Assembly: GCA_963758295.1 (NCBI GenBank) | Contig: CAVWUU010000004.1 | Coordinates: forward strand, 224,001-288,000 | DNA: 64,000 nucleotides | Direction of reading: 5' to 3' | DNA from: Candidatus Eremiobacteria bacterium | GTDB lineage: Bacteria; Vulcanimicrobiota; Vulcanimicrobiia; Vulcanimicrobiales; Vulcanimicrobiaceae | Part shown: positions 56,792-64,000 of the stretch, in pieces | How positions within the stretch are numbered: the first letter of the stretch is position 1 | How the letters are laid out: each line of letters opens with the position of its first letter | Position numbers and translations under genes: made by a program | The notes under the pieces: model-generated | Database searches by the model: none | Seen by the model: only the letters and a program-made list of their open reading frames with translations | Told to the model about the DNA's origin: nothing

Positions 56792-57871
56792 ATGACAACG
56801 CCTGCAGCGCTCTTTTTGGCCGACGGCTCACGCTTCGACGGCTATGGCTTAAGCTACGAGGGAATCGCCCTCGGTGAAGCCGTTTTTTACACCGGAATGA
56901 CCGGATACGAAGAGGCCCTTACCGACCCGTCGTACGCCGGGCAGATTCTTACTTTTACTTATCCGCTCGTCGGGAACTACGGGATCTCGGGCGCCGCAGC
57001 TCAATACGAGCGCGGTTGCGTTGCGGGCGCCGTGATGAAGCAAATCGCCCGGCACCCGTCGCACTATCTTAGCCGCGAGTCGTTGCCCGATTGGCTCGAC
57101 CATCAGCGCATTCCGACGCTCGTCGGAGCCGATACGCGCGCAATCACGATTGCGCTTCGCGAACACGGCACCATCTTGGCGGCGCTTGCCGTCGGAAACG
57201 AGGCGCTTGAGAAGGCCGAACGCGACCTTGCTGCTTACACGCGAGTCGCAACCACGAAAGAACTCGTGCCGAGCGTGGCGGCGCGTGGCCGCCATACCGA
57301 AGGCACGCCCGGCGGACGCCGTGTAACGCTCATCGATTGCGGCGTGAAACGGGCGATTTTGCGGGAGCTCACGGCGCTTGGTACGGAAGTTACCGTCGTT
57401 CCCTACAATGCATCAGAGTCCGAACTGCTCGAAGGCAATCCGGACGCGATTTTTATTTCGCCCGGGCCCGGCGACCCCACCGATCTGCCGGAAACGATCG
57501 CAACGTTGCGCAACTTGGTAGGCCGCAAGCCCCTCTTCGGCGTGTGCCTAGGACACCAGCTGCTTGCGCTCGCGTGCGGCGCACAGACGTATAAGTTGCC
57601 CTACGGGCATCGCGGCGGAAATCAGCCGGTTAAGGATCACACGCACGACGAAGTGCTGATCACCGCGCACAACCACGGATACGCGGTTGATGCGACGTCG
57701 ATGCCCCGCGATCTGGAAGCGACCATGACCAACCTGAACGACGGCACGAACGAAGGGTTCCGCCATCGCACCTTGCCGATTGCGGCCGTTCAATTCCATC
57801 CGGAAGCTTCTCCGGGCCCGTTCGACGCGCGGCGCCTCTTCGCTGAATGGCTTTCAAACCTGTCCTCATAG
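56792..57871 (+). CDS. carA: Carbamoyl-phosphate synthase small subunit
   Basis: TGMTGYEEALTDPSY, SPGPGDP, GVCLGHQ, QFHPEASPGP. Confidence 0.96.
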   Translation: MTTPAALFLADGSRFDGYGLSYEGIALGEAVFYTGMTGYEEALTDPSYAGQILTFTYPLVGNYGISGAAAQYERGCVAGAVMKQIARHPSHYLSRESLPDWLDHQRIPTLVGADTRAITIALREHGTILAALAVGNEALEKAERDLAAYTRVATTKELVPSVAARGRHTEGTPGGRRVTLIDCGVKRAILRELTALGTEVTVVPYNASESELLEGNPDAIFISPGPGDPTDLPETIATLRNLVGRKPLFGVCLGHQLLALACGAQTYKLPYGHRGGNQPVKDHTHDEVLITAHNHGYAVDATSMPRDLEATMTNLNDGTNEGFRHRTLPIAAVQFHPEASPGPFDARRLFAEWLSNLSS

Positions 57872-58747
57872 AAGCGGTTGCGTGCAGCGTCCTAGCCGGC
57901 TTGCTGGGCGTTGTGCTGGCCGCGCCGGCGCAGGCACAGGCGCTGCAACGGCTTACGGTAAGCAACTTTGCGCTTTCGGCCGACGCACCGTCGCCCAAAC
58001 TCGAGCAGCCGTTTCATCTGATCGTGACGGTTCACGTCAAGCAACAAGTGGCTACGCTCGAAAATCTCGATCTGCCGATTCTCGCGGAGCTCGAACTGCT
58101 CGGCGACGAACGTCGCATCACGCGTGATGCGTCCGGTACGACGTATCGTGAGAACATTACGGTTATTGCGCATCACACCGGCGCGATTCATATCGCGCCG
58201 GCGACGCTAGACGCCGTCGACGCGCGCGACGGAAAAGCCAAGCGGTTTTTTTCGAACGATTTGACCGTTAACGTCTCCGGCGGCGCGCTGCAACCGCTGC
58301 GCGAAGCCGGCAACGCCGCCGGGGCCGTGCTGCGTGCGGGGCTTACGATCGCCTTTTGGATCGCTTGTCTCGCGGCCGCAGCGTTTGTTGCGATCACCGT
58401 CTACCGGCGCCGCCGGGCGCCCGTTGCAACAACAGTCAGGTCTTACGTCGCCCCGCCGCCTTTGCCGCCCGTGCGAGCGTGCGCGCGAGTATTTACGCGA
58501 TGGGCTTCTTGCTTTGCGCGCGGAACGTTCCCGCCGCACGGCGGTAGACGTGCGCGCAGTGGCTCGTGAAATGGTCGGCGCTAACGAAACAGAAACGCTC
58601 GGCGACGTTTTGCGGCGTCCCGGCGCGCAAGATGCTCGTATGAGGAGCGTGCTCGTGGCGCTCGAGCGCGCCGCATTCACTTATGATACCGATCTGCCCG
58701 CTGCTATCGATAATGCGATCGCGGCTTTGGAGCACGCTCTGGAATGA
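57847..58747 (+). CDS. Membrane-anchored secreted protein (BatD-like by context), +1 frameshift near 58480
   Basis: Signal peptide, Ig-like beta domain, TM; C-terminus continues in another frame (LERAAF...EHALE) to a stop overlapping the moxR ATG. Confidence 0.55.
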
Positions 58748-59676
58748 TGACGTCCGCGCGTCCGCAGCAACTCGCATCGGCGCTTTCCGAAACGATCGTC
58801 GGCCAACACGGCGTGATTGAAGGGCTGCTTCTTGGCTTGATAGCGAACGGCCACGTCCTGCTCGAAGGACCGCCGGGTCTGGCGAAGACGCTGGCGTGCC
58901 GCGCGCTGGCGGCAGCGCTCGAAGGCGAATTCAAGCGCGTGCAATTTACGCCCGATTTGCTGCCAAGCGATATCGTCGGCACGCGCATTTTCGATCAGCG
59001 CGAGTCGAATTTTTCAACGGTACTCGGTCCAATCTTTGCCAACGTCGTGCTCGCCGACGAAATTAACCGGGCTCCGGCAAAAGTGCAGTCCGCTCTCCTG
59101 GAGGCGATGCAAGAGCGCCAGGTGACGATCGGACCGGAAACGCACCCGCTGCCCGATCCGTTCATCGTTATGGCGACGATGAATCCGCTTGATTCCGAAG
59201 GAACGTACGCGCTCCCCGTGGCGCAAATGGATCGATTTCTGCTCAAGGTCGACGTTGGATATCCCTCACGCGAAGAGGAACGCCGCATCCTGGAGCGCTT
59301 TGCGATTGCGGACATGCACCCGGTAGAGGCGGTCGCAACGTTGGCCGACGTGCGCGCGTGGCGGCAAGAAGCGCGACGCGTACACTTGGACGAGAAGCTT
59401 AAGCACTACATCGTCGAGTTAGTGTCCTCTACGCGCGAAAACGAACGCACGTACATCGACTTCGGTGCGAGTCCGCGAGCTACGCTCGCGATTGCCAATC
59501 TTTCGCGAGCGAAGGCGCTCTTGGAAGGCCGCGATTACGCGGTTCCCGATGACGTGCGCGCCATCGCGTCCGCGGCGTTGCGCCATCGGATCGGCTTCAA
59601 TTTCCGCGTGCTTACCGAAGGCGTCGGCTCGGCGGCGATCATCCAGCGGATCGTTGCGGCGGTGCCCGTGCCGTGA
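58744..59676 (+). CDS. MoxR family AAA+ ATPase
   Basis: HVLLEGPPGLAKT, RVQFTPDLLPSD, DEINRAPAKVQSALLEAMQE. Confidence 0.95.
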   Translation: MMTSARPQQLASALSETIVGQHGVIEGLLLGLIANGHVLLEGPPGLAKTLACRALAAALEGEFKRVQFTPDLLPSDIVGTRIFDQRESNFSTVLGPIFANVVLADEINRAPAKVQSALLEAMQERQVTIGPETHPLPDPFIVMATMNPLDSEGTYALPVAQMDRFLLKVDVGYPSREEERRILERFAIADMHPVEAVATLADVRAWRQEARRVHLDEKLKHYIVELVSSTRENERTYIDFGASPRATLAIANLSRAKALLEGRDYAVPDDVRAIASAALRHRIGFNFRVLTEGVGSAAIIQRIVAAVPVP

Positions 59677-60457
59677 CGTTACGCGAAGCGTTGTTGCGTG
59701 GCCGCCGGCGGCCGCATCGCTTCGGCGCCGGCTCCCCGACGATGTACCGCGGCGACGGCTATGAGTTCGTCGAACTTCGCGAATACGTGCCGGGTGACGA
59801 CGTGCGGCGCATCGATTGGGCCGCTACCGCGCGCGCGGGCGACTTGCAGACTCGGGTGGTGCTGGAAGACGTAGCACTTACGCTTGCGGCAATCGTTGAC
59901 GATTCGGCTTCGATGCGCGTTGGACGCAACCGGCCTTTGCTTGCTGCGGCGAAAGAGGCCGTTGAAACCTGGTTCGCGGTTGCAATGAGTAGTGATCGCT
60001 GCTTGCGCCTGGGCGCGAACGTCATCGCCCCGCCGCATGGCGAACTGGGCGTCGGCTTCGACCTTCGAGAAGCGCTGTCCACCGCTAGAGCTGCGCTCCA
60101 ACGAGGGACGGCATTACTGGCTGTCAGCGACTGGTACGATTTATCCGGCGAAGACGACACGCTGTTGCTGGAACTGGGGGTAAAGTTCGACTGCACGGCA
60201 CTGGTCGCGCGAGATCCATGGTATGACGGATTGCCGCTGGAGGGGTTCGTTCGGATTCGGGGCGCGGAAGGCGGCACAGTGCGCGCGTACGTGGGCAAAG
60301 CGGAACGCGAGCGCTTCGGAGCGGCGGTGCGCCACGCGAACGATCGATTCTCGAGCGGTTTGAACGCGCCGGTTGGCGCACGGGATTCCTCCATGAGCAG
60401 GACGGTGCCGGTTCCCTTTTCGAGACGTTCGGCATTCAGCGGAAGCGCGTGCGATGA
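59673..60457 (+). CDS. DUF58 domain protein, frameshift near 60345
   Basis: EFVELREYVPGDDVRRIDW, VDDSASM, VSDW; shifted C-terminus ...FERAGWR...RKRVR* ends at the ATGA overlap with the VWA gene. Confidence 0.8.
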
Positions 60458-61374
60458 GGTTCGAACACATCGGCTGGCTCATCGCGGGGCTCATTATCAC
60501 GGCGCTCTTCGCATGGCTCTACGTACGCGCCGAACGCCGCAAGACGGCGAACGATCTTGCGTATTCCAACGTTGCGTTCTTCGTCGAAGCGGCACGCCCG
60601 CGGATGTGGATTCCGAATGCGCTGCGAGGCGGCATCATCGGCGCGTTGTTGCTCGCCACGGTCGGCTTGGCCGGGCCTCAACTCGTCTTGCCGGTCCCCG
60701 TACGCGACGGCTCGGTTTTTATCTGCATCGATACGTCGGGTTCGATGCAATCGACCGACGTCTCACCCACGCGAGCTGAAGCCGCCAAAGCCGCCGCACG
60801 CGCTTTTGTCGACGAGGCGCCTGCCGGAATCAAAATCGGCGTCATCGCATTTTCAACCGGTGCGTCGCTCGTTCAAGCGTTGAGCGCGGACCACGATGCG
60901 GTGCGCGCCGCGCTGGAGCAGGTTCCATCGCCGAACGGCGCGACCGCCATTGGCGACGCGTTACGGCTCGCCGCCGGGCAACTGCCCCCTGCGGGACACC
61001 GCGTCGTGATTTTGATTACCGACGGCGTAAACAACACGGGGGTCGATCCGCAGGAAATGGCGACCTATTTGGGAGCGCGCCACGTCCCGGTCTACACCGT
61101 GGGCATCGGCACGCCCAACGGCGACGTGATTCCGGGCACCGGAGAGCAAGCCTCGATCGATGAAGACGCTTTGCGCGAATATGCATCGGCAAGCGGGGGT
61201 GCGTACGCGCGCGCGGATAGCGCTTCGCAGCTTAAAACGGCACTTGCGCGTCTGGGACGGGTAACGTCTTTAGAACGCAAACGCGTTCCGGTGGAGACCG
61301 GATTTCTTGCGGCAGGGTTCGTGCTACTACTTGCAACAACGCTCGCCGGACTTGCCCTTGGGAGATATCCGTGA
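60454..61374 (+). CDS. VWA domain membrane protein (BatA-like)
   Basis: MIDAS motif DTSGSM, TAIGDAL, LITDG. Confidence 0.9.
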   Translation: MRFEHIGWLIAGLIITALFAWLYVRAERRKTANDLAYSNVAFFVEAARPRMWIPNALRGGIIGALLLATVGLAGPQLVLPVPVRDGSVFICIDTSGSMQSTDVSPTRAEAAKAAARAFVDEAPAGIKIGVIAFSTGASLVQALSADHDAVRAALEQVPSPNGATAIGDALRLAAGQLPPAGHRVVILITDGVNNTGVDPQEMATYLGARHVPVYTVGIGTPNGDVIPGTGEQASIDEDALREYASASGGAYARADSASQLKTALARLGRVTSLERKRVPVETGFLAAGFVLLLATTLAGLALGRYP

Positions 61375-62009
61375 ACATCGAATCGAGCCGCCGCAATTAC
61401 GAGCGTGGCGCGTTGCTGGAAGCCGACGTGGCCGCGAATCCTATCTCGCAACTACAGAAATGGCTCGACGAAGCCGGCGCTGTTACGTCATCCGTTGAGA
61501 CGAACGCCATGTGCCTGGCGACGGCGGATGCCTCGGGCGAGCCATCGGCGCGCATGGTGTTGTTGCGCGGACTTGACGATCGCGGACTGGTCTTTTACAC
61601 ATCGTATTTTAGCCGGAAGGGCCGCGAGCTTACCGAGAATCCTCGCGCTGCGGCGACGTTCTACTGGCCCGCGTTGGAACGCCAAGTTCGCATCCAGGGC
61701 GGCGTTACGCAGATCTCCGAGGACGAGTCGGATGCCTACTTTGAATCGCGTCCGCGCGGCCATCGTCTGTCGGCGTGGGCTTCCGAACAAAGCGCGTCCG
61801 TCGAAAACCGCAATGTGCTGGACGAACGAATGCAACATTTCGACGACCGTTTCGAAGGTGAGGACGTGCCGCGTCCGCATTCCTGGGGCGGTTTTTTGAT
61901 CGCGCCGGTACGCGTTGAATTCTGGCAGGGGCGATCAAACCGCATGCACGATCGCATTCTCTACGAGCGGGACGGCCGCGAGTGGCGCATCTCCCGCCTA
62001 CAACCCTAG
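61371..62009 (+). CDS. pdxH: Pyridoxine/pyridoxamine 5'-phosphate oxidase
   Basis: SARMVLL, RQVRI, AWASEQS, EFWQGRSNRMHDR. Confidence 0.96.
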   Translation: MNIESSRRNYERGALLEADVAANPISQLQKWLDEAGAVTSSVETNAMCLATADASGEPSARMVLLRGLDDRGLVFYTSYFSRKGRELTENPRAAATFYWPALERQVRIQGGVTQISEDESDAYFESRPRGHRLSAWASEQSASVENRNVLDERMQHFDDRFEGEDVPRPHSWGGFLIAPVRVEFWQGRSNRMHDRILYERDGREWRISRLQP

Positions 62010-62053
62010 CGCCTCGCCTGTTTCGCTTCCCGAAGTGCGGGAACGCTTGACCT

Positions 62054-62254
62054 ATGGATAACTTGGAGCGCGACCGCAAAGGCGAAATTTTTCAAAACGA
62101 CCTCACGAACAACGAAGGCGACCATCCGCCTGCGGTCGAGCAAGCTAGCCATCGTGCGAAATTGGATCCGAATGTCGACTCGCAAGAGGCGGACGAAAAG
62201 AATCCCGAGTTTGCCGAAGAGCTGAAGAAGACCGGACATGGAAGCGGGCACTAG
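62054..62254 (+). CDS. Small acidic hydrophilic hypothetical protein
   Basis: 66-aa ORF with coding-like codons filling the gap between pdxH and the STAS gene. Confidence 0.5.
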   Translation: MDNLERDRKGEIFQNDLTNNEGDHPPAVEQASHRAKLDPNVDSQEADEKNPEFAEELKKTGHGSGH

Positions 62255-62561
62255 CCGCGCTTCGGACGCCGTCGAGTTGTTGGTCTTGCCCTCGGATGAG
62301 GAGATACGAATCGGCCTACGGGGCGGCTGGGACTTATCGTCCGCCCCGCGCCTCCGGGAAGAACTGGACGGCGTGAACGCCGCTTCGCACGTGGTCTTCG
62401 ATTTTTCAGAGACCACGTATCTGGATTCATCGACCATTCGCGTGCTGGTCGAGTTCAAACGCCGCTCCAGCTCGCAGAAGGGCACTACGGCTATCTACTA
62501 CGGCGATAACGAACGCGCCCGGCGCATCTTTTCCATTAGCGGAGTCGGTACGCTTTTGTAA
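62238..62561 (+). CDS. STAS domain anti-sigma factor antagonist
   Basis: LRGGWDLSSAPRL, VVFDFSETTYLDSS. Confidence 0.8.
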   Translation: MEAGTSRASDAVELLVLPSDEEIRIGLRGGWDLSSAPRLREELDGVNAASHVVFDFSETTYLDSSTIRVLVEFKRRSSSQKGTTAIYYGDNERARRIFSISGVGTLL

Positions 62562-62562
62562 G

Positions 62563-62937
62563 GTGTGGAGCTTTCATGCCGATCGCGCGGAAGCAGCGCT
62601 CGGAAGACGCGGAGACTTTTTAGCGGCTCTTGAAAAAGAATCGGGGCGCACGCTGTTCGACCGTTTCGTCGCCGAACTCATTTTCACCGAACTGGTCGGA
62701 AATGTGGTGCAGCACGCAAGCGGGCCGATCGACGTGCAGCTTTCTTGCAACGACGGTGAAGCAACGCTAGCCGTGTACGATCGCGGCAAGGGCTTTGTGC
62801 TGCATCCGCGACTGCCTCATCATGCGCTCGACGATTCCGGGCGCGGGCTGTATCTCGTTTCGCGATTCAGCAAAAAGCTGCAGGTTAAAACGCTGCCGGC
62901 GCACGGCAACGTCGTGAGCGCCGTATTTCCGCTGTAG
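62563..62937 (+). CDS. RsbW-like anti-sigma/HATPase_c protein
   Basis: ELVGNVVQH (N box), DRGKGF (G1), SGRGL (G2). Confidence 0.82.
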   Translation: MWSFHADRAEAALGRRGDFLAALEKESGRTLFDRFVAELIFTELVGNVVQHASGPIDVQLSCNDGEATLAVYDRGKGFVLHPRLPHHALDDSGRGLYLVSRFSKKLQVKTLPAHGNVVSAVFPL

Positions 62938-62940
62938 TAC

Positions 62941-64000
62941 TTAACGTATGGAGAGCGTCATGATGGCGATGTCGTCGGAATGAACGTCAGGCAAAACGGC
63001 ATCGCGCAAGAATTTGGCTTGATTGTCGACGCGCGCGCCGTCGTTCGAACGCATCGCAACATAAAGCGTTCCGTATCCTTCGTAGAGGTCGCGCGAATAC
63101 TCGATCAAACCGTCGGTAAAGAATGCAACGGTATCTCCCGGACGCAACTGAAGTTCATACGGACGCGCAAAATCGCCGTCGGCCCACAACCCTAAGGGCA
63201 ACGCGGTGTCTTCGACGGCCTGTGCCGTCACCGCTCTGATCCCGCTCGCATTGTAACAAACTGCCGGCGGATGACCGGCCCGAGCCAGCGAGAGCGCGCG
63301 CGTTTTTGGCGAGTAAACGCCGATTATTGCGGTTGCCCACGCGTCCCGCGACTCCAGTTTGACGCACGCGTCTGCGATGCAAAGAAGCTGCGAGACGTCT
63401 TGCGTCGCAATTGCGGCGCCGCGAAGACTTTGTCGAATCTTGCTCATTAGAACCGCCGCCTCGATGCCGTGGCCGAGGACGTCGCCAATCGACATCAAGA
63501 CGCGGCCGTCCTCCAAGACGAAGGCATCATACCAGTCTCCGCCGAGCAAAGCGCCGCCGGTTGCGGATTCGTATAGCGCGTGGATAACAAAATCATCGCC
63601 CGACGGAAGCGTTTTGGGAAGATGCGCTTGCTGGAAGAGCTGGGCGATTTCGCGCTGGCCGGCATAGAGACGCGCATTGAGCAATGCCTGACCGGCACCA
63701 TTTGCGAATTGCCGAGCGATTTGGAAGTCCTTCGGATCGTAGCCCGGGCTGCGAGCTTCACATTGGATGAAGACCATTGCGCCCATCACGCCCTCCGTGC
63801 TTGCGGCCGGAACGACCATCGCCGCGGTTGCTCGCAGCGAACGAAGCGCTTCCAGAAAAACGTCCCTATTCGGTTGAACCGGGACGCGCGCGACAAGCAA
63901 AGCCTTTTCTTCAAGCAGGGCATCGACGATCGGCCGGATGGCATCGACTTCAGCAGTTTCAAAAGCGCCAAGGCCGTCGCGTACGAAGGCAGGCAGGCCG
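62941..64000 (-). CDS. PP2C/SpoIIE family phosphatase with GAF-like domain (5' end beyond window)
   Basis: GGDWYD, IGDVLGHG, AGHPP, FTDGLIE, DDIA; reading frame stays open to the window edge. Confidence 0.9.
   Translation of the reverse strand, partial: GLPAFVRDGLGAFETAEVDAIRPIVDALLEEKALLVARVPVQPNRDVFLEALRSLRATAAMVVPAASTEGVMGAMVFIQCEARSPGYDPKDFQIARQFANGAGQALLNARLYAGQREIAQLFQQAHLPKTLPSGDDFVIHALYESATGGALLGGDWYDAFVLEDGRVLMSIGDVLGHGIEAAVLMSKIRQSLRGAAIATQDVSQLLCIADACVKLESRDAWATAIIGVYSPKTRALSLARAGHPPAVCYNASGIRAVTAQAVEDTALPLGLWADGDFARPYELQLRPGDTVAFFTDGLIEYSRDLYEGYGTLYVAMRSNDGARVDNQAKFLRDAVLPDVHSDDIAIMTLSIR

Noticed and set aside
59673..60779. 368-aa extended DUF58 ORF overlapping the VWA gene
   Set aside because: Artefact of an indel near 60345; the shifted frame ends at the ATGA junction at 60454-60457

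Overview
A GC-rich bacterial chromosomal window. The gene repertoire suggests a diderm resembling Candidatus Eremiobacterota (inference only): a TonB receptor, Gly/Thr/Pro-rich lipoproteins, DUF4446 and STAS/RsbW partner-switch genes. Layout: (1) 1-4807, a DUF4446-M23-yggT-lepA-rdgB-GNAT operon. (2) An HNH endonuclease remnant running into a tRNA-Pro/Arg/His cluster, then a GGDEF-EAL sensor, two tRNA-Lys, a TonB-dependent receptor, DUF4242, tRNA-Leu/Gly and tig-clpP-clpX. (3) A ~33 kb Wzx/Wzy-type polysaccharide locus (16.6-49.8 kb) with a WbpA/B/D/E/I-like pathway, several glycosyltransferases, a NarL-family regulator and large unknown lipoproteins. (4) valS-pyrR-pyrB-pyrC, hemerythrin, marC, carA, a MoxR-DUF58-VWA cluster, pdxH and a STAS/RsbW/PP2C module. 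Three observations stand out. A near-consensus sigma70 promoter for the tRNA operon is encoded inside the catalytic-motif codons of the truncated HNH gene. Two divergent glycosyltransferase genes share overlapping start codons in a GCATGC palindrome, each with its Shine-Dalgarno inside the other gene, so two opposite-strand gene blocks interdigitate. A pair of paralogous putative glycoside-hydrolase lipoproteins flanks the regulator. Several clustered single-base frameshifts, including in essential valS, look like assembly errors. No CRISPR array, integrase or transposase was seen.
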